Assembly: GCF_001194135.2 (NCBI RefSeq) | Contig: NC_068982.1 | Span: 157,221,132-157,285,131, forward strand | DNA: 64,000 nt | DNA from: Octopus bimaculoides | Taxonomy: Eukaryota | Direction of reading: 5' to 3' | Shown here: positions 11,521 to 23,046 of the stretch, piece after piece | How the letters are laid out: each line of letters begins with the position of its first letter | How positions within the stretch are numbered: position 1 is the stretch's first letter | Notes under the pieces: generated by a model | Database searches by the model: none | Told to the model about the DNA's origin: nothing | Seen by the model: only the letters and a program-made list of their open reading frames with translations | Translations under genes and position numbers: made by a program

Positions 11521-12252
11521 ACCATAATAGAAATATTAATAATAAAAAATAAGCATATTTTAAGGGAGATCAATAGTATTCAACAGTAAAACAGTAAAGG
11601 CAACCAACAATAGTGGCAATAAAAACATCACCAACATCAACAACAATAACTATTTAAAATGCATATACAACAAACCGGAAGAACGAGTAAGCCAGAAGAT
11701 TATATTATATAAAGACACGTAGCAAGCAAACACAAGGTTAAATACAACACACACAGAGAATACAAGAGCAAATAATCAGAGAAATATAATACGCAAAAAC
11801 CAAGAACGCTATTGATAATAATGCCAACGGGAAAGAAGAAAGCCACGTTGAAAGACTTATAAAAAACGATGTATTAATAAAGTAAATGATATTAAATTGC
11901 GGTTTATCACTTCACACCATCTCGTCAGACGGTATTAACTCACTTGAGTTCGCCTTTTCGACCTAACTCGCAACCCGATTTGTTTCATTTTTACCTTGTG
12001 TGTATGTAAGTGTATGTTCGTGTGTATATACACTTGTGTGTATATGTATGCATGCCTGTTTTTTTTGTGTGAATGTATGATAGCATAAATGTATGATAGT
12101 GTATGTGTGTGTTTATATGTAGAAATGTTTGAATGTTTGCTACCTTTATCTAACACATTGTCTACTTTTTAAACCAGCTCGCTCTTTCAATCTTGATGTG
12201 TGCATGCTTTATATATTATATATTATACATATATATGTGTGTGTATATATAT

Positions 12253-12287
<35 letters not shown>

Positions 12288-13039
12288 NNNNNNNNNNNNN
12301 NNNNNNNNNNNNNNNNNNNNNNNNNNNNNNNNNNNNNNNNNNNNNNNNNNNNNNNNNNNNNNNNNNNNNNNNNNNNNNNNNNNNNNNNNNNNNNNNNNNN
12401 NNNNNNNNNNNNNNNNNNNNNNNNNNNNNNNNNNNNNNNNNNNNNNNNNNNNNNNNNNNNNNNNNNNNNNNNNNNNNNNNNNNNNNNNNNNNNNNNNNNN
12501 NNNNNNNNNNNNNNNNNNNNNNNNNNNNNNNNNNNNNNNNNNNNNNNNNNNNNNNNNNNNNNNNNNNNNNNNNNNNNNNNNNNNNNNNNNNNNNNNNNNN
12601 NNNNNNNNNNNNNNNNNNNNNNNNNNNNNNNNNNNNNNNNNNNNNNNNNNNNNNNNNNNNNNNNNNNNNNNNNNNNNNNNNNNNNNNNNNNNNNNNNNNN
12701 NNNNNNNNNNNNNNNNNNNNNNNNNNNNNNNNNNNNNNNNNNNNNNNNNNNNNNNNNNNNNNNNNNNNNNNNNNNNNNNNNNNNNNNNNNNNNNNNNNNN
12801 NNNNNNNNNNNNNNNNNNNNNNNNNNNNNNNNNNNNNNNNNNGCACGTTGTGTGCATGTATTTCTGTGTATATATACACATTGAACGCAAATATACAAAC
12901 TACCAAATCTATATACAATACTGTATTCAAATCACAATCTTTAAGAGCAGTTAAGCGGATGATTTATGAATGGCTGATATTTCACAAACACTAATGCACT
13001 CCTCCTATCCCACCTCGTCTCCTCCTCCTCAATATCATC

Positions 13040-13148
13040 ATCATCATCATCAACATCATCAGTTTCTTCAATGCTAATGATCATGATGAATATCTCATTA
13101 CCACCCTCAAAGCAATACTACTTCTCCTCATCCTCTGCCTCATCATCG

Positions 13149-13183
<35 letters not shown>

Positions 13184-13480
13184 GTCATCGTTCTCATCGT
13201 CGTCGTCGTCATCGTCATCCTTGTTATCATCCTCGTCGTCACCATCATCGTTGTTGTCTCAAATTCTTACGATCATTAATACTGTCCTCATAATTCTCTT
13301 GATTACCACCGCCACCACCACCACCACAACCACCACCACCACCACCACCACTACCATCACCATCGTCACCACTACGATCACCGCCACCACCATCACCACT
13401 ACCGCTACGATTTTCAACATCTTTATTATCATCCTCACTTTCTTGATGATCATCATCACCATCATCATCACCACCTCTAT

Positions 13481-13563
<83 letters not shown>

Positions 13564-13660
13564 TTATCGTCAAGAACGAAAGTAATAACGACAGTAGCAC
13601 CGAGCCGCCACAACCTTACAGCAACAGCAACTACAGCAACAAAAAAGGGCAACAGTAACG
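13040..13660. repeat. Compound trinucleotide microsatellite (CAT/CGT/CAC/CAG/CAA)n
   Basis: Directly visible; it explains the poly-S/T/I and poly-D/M ORFs. Confidence 0.95.
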
Positions 13661-13897
13661 ATAATGGTTTTTCAAACTGGTAGGTTGCCAAGTTTTTCTT
13701 CTACAGTGGAACATCCGATGAAATTCACCCTCGAGGGATGAAAGGCAAAAAATGCAAACTACGGCAGCATATGTGCTCAGAGTGTAAAGGAATATAACTA
13801 CTACCCGATACTGCTACTATAATTACTACTACGACTACTGGAACTGCTACTACTACTACAACTACTACTAGAACTGCTACTAATGCTACTACTACTA

Positions 13898-14131
13898 ATT
13901 TCTTCATTGCCCACAAGGGGTTAAACATAGAGGGGACAAACAAGGACAGACAAATGGATTAATTCGATTACATCGACCACAGTGCGTAACTGGTACTTAA
14001 TTTATCGACCCCGAAAGGATGAAAGGCAAAGTCGACCTCGGCGGAATTTGAACTCAGAACGTATCAGCAGACGAAATACCTATTTCTTTACTGCCCACAA
14101 GGGGCTACACACAGAGGGGACAAACAAGGAC
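13898..14131 (-). mobile_element. Meta-like SINE tandem (tail-B units), cut by gap
   Basis: The tail TTTCTT...GCCCACAAGGGG occurs twice (13900 and 14081); junction GAAATACC|TATTTCTTTACT. Confidence 0.8.
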
Positions 14132-14548
14132 NNNNNNNNNNNNNNNNNNNNNNNNNNNNNNNNNNNNNNNNNNNNNNNNNNNNNNNNNNNNNNNNNNNNN
14201 NNNNNNNNNNNNNNNNNNNNNNNNNNNNNNNNNNNNNNNNNNNNNNNNNNNNNNNNNNNNNNNNNNNNNNNNNNNNNNNNNNNNNNNNNNNNNNNNNNNN
14301 NNNNNNNNNNNNNNNNNNNNNNNNNNNNNNNNNNNNNNNNNNNNNNNNNNNNNNNNNNNNNNNNNNNNNNNNNNNNNNNNNNNNNNNNNNNNNNNNNNNN
14401 NNNNNNNNNNNNNNNNNNNNNNNNNNNNNNNNNNNNNNNNNNNNNNNNNNNNNNNNNNNNNNNNNNNNNNNNNNNNNNNNNNNNNNNNNNNNNNNNNNNN
14501 NNNNNNNNNNNNNNNNNNNNNNNAATAATAATAATAATAATAATAATA

Positions 14549-14974
14549 AAGGCCAATAGACCAGATATAGTTGTCAAAGATCATGAAGGAAAAAAATGCT
14601 TTCTAATTGATGTATCAATACCAGCAGATGACAACGTTTGTCGGAAAGAAATGGAGAAACTTTCAAAATACAAAGACCTGGAAATAGAGGTAACTCGAAT
14701 GTGGAATTTTAAAACAGAAACAATTCCTATCATAGTAGGTGCCTTAGGTATAATAAAAAAAATATTCAGACAAATACATAACAAAATCACCAGGACTTAC
14801 AAATATATATAACATACAGAAAATTGCACTACTGGGCACTGCACACATTCTACGCAAAACACTTTCAATACAGTAACCATAACAGCACCACAGCAAACCA
14901 CAGCAAATACCCAAAGCACATAGAGCTGCGCTCGGTAGTGAAGTGAAAGCACGTTATGAAAATGATAATAATAA
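14549..14974 (+). mobile_element. 3' fragment of an R4/Dong-like non-LTR retrotransposon (restriction-like endonuclease) flanked by (TAA)n
   Basis: KANRPDIVVKDHEGKKCFLIDVSIPADDNV...IPIIVGALG, then in a shifted frame IQKIALLGTAHILRKTL. (AAT)n lies at 14524-14548 and ATAATAATAA at the 3' end. Confidence 0.85.
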
Positions 14975-14975
14975 G

Positions 14976-15062
14976 CAGAAGAAGAAGAAGAAGAAGAAGA
15001 AGAAGAAGAAGAAGAAGAAGAAGAAGAAGAAGAAGAAGAAGAAGAAAAAGAAGAAGAAGAAG
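14976..15062. repeat. (GAA)n microsatellite
   Basis: Directly visible. Confidence 0.95.
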
Positions 15063-18000
15063 AGAATAAAGAACAAAGATAACAACAACAACAAAAGAAG
15101 ATAAAATACAATCAATTGATGAAATCGATTTTCGATACTTGAGTGATGCTTTGTTTTATCGGACATTGACTGGGGATCCAGCGATCCAGAAACGAGGTAT
15201 TATGATGCATAATAATAATGGAAGAAAACTGCAGGAAAACAACCTACTGCACAAAAATATAAAAACATAAATACATAAATAATGTGTCCTCACTCATGGA
15301 TACCCCAAAAAATGGGAGGCAACATATGAAGAATGACTATATTCGGAAATGCTCCAAAATCCGCTAAACAAGACATAAACTGTGCAATACATCGAAACAA
15401 TATTAGTGACGCACTGTGACAATAAAATTCATAATTGTCCCGCACGTGAAATTTTTTCCCACAAGAGTTGCGGACTCCAGTAATGAACTCATTTGCATAC
15501 AGTCAATCAGAGCAGAGCCACCTTTATTCTTTCTTCCTTTCTAGTCAGCACCGTGCATTCCTTACTCTTTCCCTTTCTACTGGCAGACAGCAACCTTTTT
15601 GTCAATATAGAAAAAAAATTTCGCTATCACTACAAGTACTGCTGTCTTTAACTACATGTCAGGCAAACGAATAAATATATGTAAATAATATTTCTTCCTT
15701 CTTGGTGTTGATCATTCGATGTTCACTGGTTACTCTGATGCTGGCACAATAATACACTTGCCCAAACCGAAATGCCTGAGTTATTTCATTTTTTCCAGAA
15801 TCATGATTTTAAAAGTTATAGAGCACGTTGTTTTGAAACCGTCCAGTATGAGTATGTGAGTGTGTGCACGCCCGTATGTGTACGTGCTTATTAGTAAGCA
15901 TGTGTGTTTGTTAAATTTCATTCATATCAGATAAGATAGAGACTTTGGACTAGGACCGAACCAGTGTGTGTGTTTATTACCGGCATAATGCCTCTCCCAA
16001 GGTTTAATAGAATAAAGATGGATTTTCTCATAATTTTTGCACTTTAATACTTAAATCTTTATAAATTAATTTATAAGCTTCTAATTATGAAAGGAGAACA
16101 CTATCAAAAGAGGTATTTCTCTTATTTTTTTTTCATATATATATATACATATACGTATTACAAATGTATACATGTATTAATGCGGACATATATGTGTGTA
16201 TATGCATACACATATTCAGGCGCACAAACACACACACATACATATGAATTTGAATACTTTTGCGTGTGTGTGAGTATATACATATATGTATGTGCGTGTG
16301 TATTTATGGATGTTTTAAAATTATTTACAAAAAGGAATGGCAATATTAGTTGAAGAATGTACTAAAACCCGCAGATGAATTCAATCCGCATATCCAGAAG
16401 AGTTGTTTGTTAGACATACGCCAAACTATTCTTAGAAAGAAATTCATTAACGCTGGGACTATTAAATCATATTTAGACACTGACAACAGAAGAAAAGTTT
16501 CCTTGGAAGTACTTAAGAGTAGATGAAACCGATAAGATACCTTGCATAGATATGAGTAAGAAAATTAGAAAACAATGAAGCCGGAAAGTCAAACTAACAT
16601 TGAAAACTAAAATTAATGCTATACATTAGAGAAAAGTTATGAATACACTAGCATGCCAGTTATAAACTTCATCTTCAATGTAATAAATTGAAGAAATTCT
16701 CAGCAATGCCTCCGGCATAGAGATATTATGGGTAATTGAAGGAGTGAGATTAAAAGAATTTTTAATCAATTGAAATCACTTCAGTAAGGTAAAGAAATAT
16801 TTTCGGTAAGTGAATTAAAGAGCTTAGTTATGAAAACAGCATTCTGTCGATCCCACACCACCAATCTAACGGAAGTAATAAAGGGCTTGATACAAATAGA
16901 AAACCCATTACAAAGTGATGACAGTGAGCCTAGCAAAATATTTAGAAGCAAAGAAAATCTGATTAGCTTCGTAACGGAATATAAGGAAAAAGATATTTCT
17001 AGAAAGAAACGCAAACAGTAAATTACAAACTAGAAGCCAACTGTATTTAGAAAGAAATAGAATTAGACACGAAGAAAACAATAGAAAAGATAACGGAAAC
17101 TAAAGACATACTGAAAATGGAAATGGAAGCTGTATAAACTCATAAAAGGAGAGAAAAGTATCTCCATAGCCCAAAACGGTAAGTCACGCAAAAGCCAACA
17201 ATAGCACAAAAGCTCTGAACTAAAGACACAAACGGAATATTTGAATACTGCTACATAATTTCAATTACTGGTTACATAAACCACAAGTACGTGATCTATA
17301 AGATCAATTTAAGTATGATAAGGGGTGGTGAATAGAAGTTTTACACTCTGTGGCTGAAATGAGGGATCATGCGTTACCGAGTTAGTTAAGTGCAGATTGG
17401 GTGGGTAAATCATAAACAATATCTGATGTGGTTAATGCAATTCAGATTTGGTTAGATTGGACAGAGGGAAGAAATAGGTAAACTTGAGGTGACTATTAAT
17501 TAAGGGATCGCATCCAGATTGCTATAAATAAAAATAGCGTTTCCCCATTTATTTCGCTCGGCACATGAAAGGTACAAACTGTGTGCTCTAAAACACGATG
17601 AGCTTGGTTTACAGAAAGCAACATCCATTAAAACCGCAATTCGGCTTTGACGCATAAAATAGAAAGAGGCTTAATAAGTAAATAAGTTCAATTGTGGAGC
17701 AGTATTTTTCTTGAGTGGCGCCTTTATCACCTGCTATGATTCTTAGGCCAAAAGGTGTATCTTTACGGAAAGTCAATAAAGGCATCTGAGAAACGAGAAG
17801 CAGTGAGTGCTTGAACAAATAGGAAATCATCAAGTTTAGATAATTTGCTCCATGAGATTTATATTTATTCCTGTTTTTACTGATTCATATCACACTTGAT
17901 GATAGAGTGATGAAGTTATGAAGGGTGGGAGCATCAGTGATTAATTCTTTCGAATTCAGCGTTGATAGTTCCGATTAAAATGCTCAGTAAGAGAATGGTG

Positions 18001-18171
18001 ATTGTCGTAGGCTATGTCGTTAAACTGAATCATAGTTGCTTATCGACCGCTAGAAGCGTAGCTATTTTCACCCCCTTTTCAGGGGCTGAGTCTACTAGAG
18101 GAAAGTGTGCTCTTTGGATGATCATAATGTTAACAATATTTTGAATTATATACTTCATACGTACATATATG

Positions 18172-18405
18172 TTATTTCTTTACTACCCACAAGGGGCTAC
18201 ACACAGAGGGGAAACACAAGGACAGACAAACGGATTAAGTCGATTACATCGACCCCAGTGCGTGACTGGTACTTATTTAATCGACCCCGAAAGGATCAAA
18301 GGCAAAGTCGACCTCGGCGGAATTTGAACTCAGAACGTAGCGGCAGACGAAATACCGCTAAGCATTTCGCCCGGCGTGCTAACGTTTCTGCCAGCTCGCC
18401 GCCTT
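18172..18405 (-). mobile_element. Meta-like SINE monomer (tail B), young, 15-bp TSD
   Basis: Intact head on the minus strand AAGGCGGCGAGCTGGCAGAAACGTTAGC. TSD ATACGTACATATATG at 18157-18171 and 18408-18422. Confidence 0.92.
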
Positions 18406-19012
18406 ATATACGTACATATATGTGTGTGTGTGCGTGCGTATAATATTATATATGTATACACACACACACACANNNNNNNNNNATCAAGGCCAAATACATT
18501 TTGCGCTGATATATTTAGCCCTGAAACCTACTGCATAGGTCAAGGCTTCTAATTCTGTGTTTAATTAGTATTAACAAAATTCAAATTTGTTTTCGATACT
18601 TTCCATATTTTCGTCAGAGCTACAAATTTCCGTCAGAAACATTATATTCCTCAAACCTTTTACGGTGGGAAATGATGTATAGATTGAATGCAACAATCGC
18701 TCGGTAGTACCTTAGAATTTCCAAGGTATTTACTGAACCCAGTTGAGCCTTATCGTGTTAAATACGTTGAGTTAATTAAATTGTTCTTATAGACAAAACA
18801 GTTTATGTCATTAATATCCTAGAAGCTGTTTGCAAAGTATTGATAAAAATCATAAAAACAAGCATTTATGTGCGGGTATATGTGTGTGTGTGTATGATTG
18901 TTTATATATATGCATGTATACATGTGTATGCGTATATGCTTGTATATTCTTTTATTCTTTTTACTTGTTTCATCCATTTGATTGCGCCCATGCTGAGACA
19001 TACGTATATGTG

Positions 19013-19044
<32 letters not shown>

Positions 19045-19680
19045 CTTGTGCGTGTGTGTGCCTATACATATATATGTAGACACTTATATATATANNNNNN
19101 NNNNNNNNNNNNATATATATATATATATATAAATATATACATACAAACACATACATATATGTATATGTATGTATATAAAATTCTCCCAAATATATAACAA
19201 ACAGACTTCATAAGAAAAAGTCATCAGTAAATTAATTTTTTTTTCTGTTTTTTCTATCTTTGATTATTTATTTTCTTCCGTTTTCTGCAATTTATTTTCT
19301 CCTTAAGGGAAAATTTACAATTATTTACTCTAACCGGAACAAACCAACAAATATCCAGTTTGTTCCGATTTGTTAAGAGCAAGAAAAAACTTGTTTGAAA
19401 TCCATGGGTAAATAAATTTCAATAGCCCTGGAGATATAGAAATCAAGTAATTAGACAAGAATAATGTTAGTTTTCGTTATGCCAACTTGTGCAGACCAAA
19501 TAATATATTTCAATTGTACAAGTACATTATTTAAGAACATCCCAATGGTGAGATTAAGTAGATAATATTGTAGTTTCTCGCCTCATAGCCGGCAATATCT
19601 GCCCCTGATAAATATTTAAACTATTCTTGTTTCAATGAATTTACGTGTATTGTCGATTTCTTATCATGAGAACTGTGGGT

Positions 19681-20110
19681 AAGGCGTCGACCTGGCAGAA
19701 TCGTTAGCACGCCGGGCAAAATGCTTAGCGGTATTTCGTCTGCAGCTTGTTCTGAGTTCAAACTCCGCCGAGGTCGACTTTGCCTTTCATACTTTCGGAG
19801 TCGATAAATTAAGTACCAGTTACGCACTGAGGTCAATGCAATCGACGTAATCCCTTTGTCTGTCCTTGTTTGTCCCCTCTATGTATAGCCCCTTGTGAGC
19901 AATAAAGAAATAAGAAACGTTAGCACGCCGGGCGAAATGCTTAGCGTTATTTCGTCTGCCGTTACGTTCTGAGTTCAAATTCAGCCGAGGTCGACTTTGC
20001 CTTTCATCCTTCCGGGGTCGGTAAATTAAGTACCAGTTGCGTAATGGGGTCGGTGTAATCGACTTCCCCTCCCCAATATTTCGGGCCTTGTGCCTAGAGT
20101 AGAAAAGATT
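19681..20110 (+). mobile_element. Meta-like SINE dimer (tail-B unit followed by tail-A unit)
   Basis: AAGGCGTCGACCTGGCAGAATCG...AAAGAAATAA|GAAACGTTAGC...GGGCCTTGTGCCTAGAGTAGAAAAG. Imperfect flanking repeat TGAGAACTGTGGGT / TAAGAACTGTAGTT. Confidence 0.88.
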
Positions 20111-20318
20111 ATAAGAACTGTAGTTTGGCAGATGCATAATTGCATCAGAGTTTGAATTCAAGATCCGCCGAGATCAACTTTATTGATACAATAAAAAGTA
20201 CCAGTGCAGCACTGAATTCGATATAAAATTAAAAATAGATATTGGTTAATTCACTGAAAATCCATACAAATAGCCCAGTTGGATTATTGCGTTCTTTCAT
20301 TGGTCCCTAATTCCCTCC

Positions 20319-20361
<43 letters not shown>

Positions 20362-20371
20362 NNNNNNNNNN

Positions 20372-20416
<45 letters not shown>

Positions 20417-20873
20417 TCTAGCATTAGATATGAGTCTATGCAATACTCCCTTAACTTAAAAAGGACGTTTAGAATATATGGGTACACACTCATATACACA
20501 CATACACACGCACGCACGCAGACACACACACACACACATACGCACACACATACGCACACACACGCTATATATGCATACATACGTACCTGTCTATGTATAT
20601 GTGTGAGTGTGCATGTGTGTTTATATATATATATATATATATATATATNNNNNNNNNNNNNNNNNNNNNNNNNNNNNNNNNNNNNNNNNNNNNNNNNNNN
20701 NNNNNNNNNNNNNNNNNNNNNNNNNNNNNNNNNNNNNNNNNNNNNNNNNNNNNNNNNNNNNNNNNNNNNNNNNNNNNNNNNNNNNNNNNNNNNNNNNNNN
20801 NNNNNNNNNNNNNNNNNNNNNNNNNNNNNNNNNNNNNNNNNNNNNNNNNNNNNNNNNNNNNNNNNNNNNNNNN

Positions 20874-20909
<36 letters not shown>

Positions 20910-20929
20910 TATGTATGTAGGTGTTTGTG

Positions 20930-21115
20930 TGTCTGTGTTTGTCCTGCCAGCAAGCATCGCTTGACAGCCCTGTAACTTAGAGGTTCCGCAAAGGAGACAG
21001 ACTAAGTACTAGGCTTACAATGAATAAGCTCTGGGGATGACTTCTTCTACTAAAATACTTTAAGTGCTCTAGCATGGCTGCAGTCAAATGACTGAAACAA
21101 GTAAAGGAAAAAGAA
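20930..21115 (+). mobile_element. CORE-like SINE 3' tail
   Basis: GCTTGACAGCCCTGTAACTTAG...AATGACTGAAACAAGTAAA, following a (TA)n tract and gap. Confidence 0.75.
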
Positions 21116-21821
21116 AGAATATATATAAATCTACATACACAAATGAACTGTGACATAACAAACAATCTACACATCACAACATTTCACGGCAAGTTAAAAG
21201 AAAAAACAAACTGACTCTACTATAAATAGCAAATAGTTTCACTATATATTCACAAACAATAGACTTATTCAGTAGATTTCACTCTTTGCAGCTACCAGAA
21301 TTAAAATATATCGAGAGCTCTAAGGAAACGACGACTGTAGATAAATATAGGTTGAGAAGAGGAATCCAATGGAATAAATACAATAGAGTCAACTTGGTGG
21401 GCCACCGTATCTTTTTACCAAGCAATCGATACATATCAGGAATGTGTTTGATATATCCAATAGTGTTATACAGCTATATTTTAGTGGGTATTCAAGCAAT
21501 GAGTTTGTGCATGCTTGATGGGTTGGATGTGTTGTTACAGAAGGAACAAGAACTACTGAAATATACATCAACACCCATTACGTATTTTTGCCATCTTCGA
21601 TTGCATTGTTTACATTAGACGCTTTCGAATACGACACATCGTAATACATCAGTGCTAGCTATAGTTTCTGTATAAAATATGTAGAGATAACCTTAAAGAG
21701 TGATTTTATAACACTGCTAACACAGTAGGACACAGTATTGACTTATAAAATATTTAATATGCTTGGTTGTATATTATGAGTGCGTAACGGAATATGGTAA
21801 TCCTACAACTGGGGTGTGTAT

Positions 21822-21885
<64 letters not shown>

Positions 21886-22614
21886 TCTAACCATTACGTA
21901 AAAATTCATCTTAGTTTCTGCAATAATAGCCAAAACAATCGCCAGTTCTTTTTATGCTCGTGCCTTGTGGATGTTCACAGCGATGTATCAAATATCCACA
22001 TCATACATATTCACCCTGAAATATTATTATTAGTTCTCTGTAGTTTAGCAGGCAGTTTGCGCTTGCGATAATATGAAATTTAAATGATATCTCAACGATA
22101 TTGCGAATTTCAATATTTCAGTGCTGTAAAATCTTATTTAGATTTGAAAACATGAAACCTTCCATATTGAGATGTTTTATAAAAGTTTTATATCATATTT
22201 CCCTCGATACACAGACGCAAAATATCAGTGACCAGATAGTATACGTTGAACAAAAAAAAAAAACGTTAAAATTTAATATAGTTATAATATGATTATAAAA
22301 AAAATACTAAAAATATAAAAAATAAGACTGAATATAACAGTGTAGGTCTCGCTTTAACACGAAACCATTATTTTAGTTTCACTACACGAACTAGAATCTA
22401 ATTAGTGATTAAACTTGTTCAACAAAACAAACTCTATATAATGTTATCAAATTTATTACCGACAGAAATAAAAGTAAAAACATTTTTATGTTTGTATGAG
22501 TGTATTTGAAAATATGCGTTGGCAATATCTGTTATTGCTTAAGTCAGCAAATTTTGAACAAATATGTCTTGTTACGTAATTGAAATATGCACGTTGTTTT
22601 CAAATACATTATGA

Positions 22615-22790
22615 CTATCTTATGATCGATGGCGACCAAAGTTTGTTTAGGCACAGTTGTCAAACGACTTACTCATCCTTTCAAACTAGCAACGATCTTG
22701 AAACATTGCGAAAACAATGTTGGTAGATATTATCTATGCGGACTTTCCAAGCCAGGAAAATGACTCCCATAAGATTTGGCGAGCAATTTC
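22615..22790 (+). mobile_element. Possible ancient CR1/L2-type RT relic
   Basis: Translates to HSCQTT...VDIIYADF, resembling RSCLTNL...VDVIYLDFSKAFD. Short and degenerate. Confidence 0.3.
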
Positions 22791-22975
22791 TCACCTTTGT
22801 GTGAAGTGCAAAAGTAGAAAGGAGAAGCAATGCCAGCGGCTGCTTGTTCATTGACTGTTATGAAGGGCTAATGTATCTCCCTGCAGCACTGTACTTCATC
22901 AATCATCTGCACAAAATAAAAGTCTGCCTGAAGTATGGTGTGCGCATGTGGTTTGTTAATGAAACTTGTTTTCAG

Positions 22976-23046
22976 ATGATGCGTTGAGTTGGAAGAAAGT
23001 AGTGAAAAATAAAACGAAAGAGGGGGAAAAGTATTATAGATACAGA
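22976..23046 (+). CDS. Candidate internal exon of an unidentified gene
   Basis: CTTGTTTTCAG| acceptor and |GTATGT donor; only one frame is open (DALSWKKVVKNKTKEGEKYYRYR). No recognisable homology. Confidence 0.15.

Noticed and set aside
7818-12994. Long ORFs of 230-436 aa in the supplied track (also near 36, 48-50, 57 and 62 kb)
   Set aside because: They are open only because they run through N gaps and (TA)/(CA) repeats.
13071-13691. Poly-Ser/Thr/Ile and poly-Asp/Met ORFs on both strands
   Set aside because: Direct translation of trinucleotide microsatellites; no splice or homology support.
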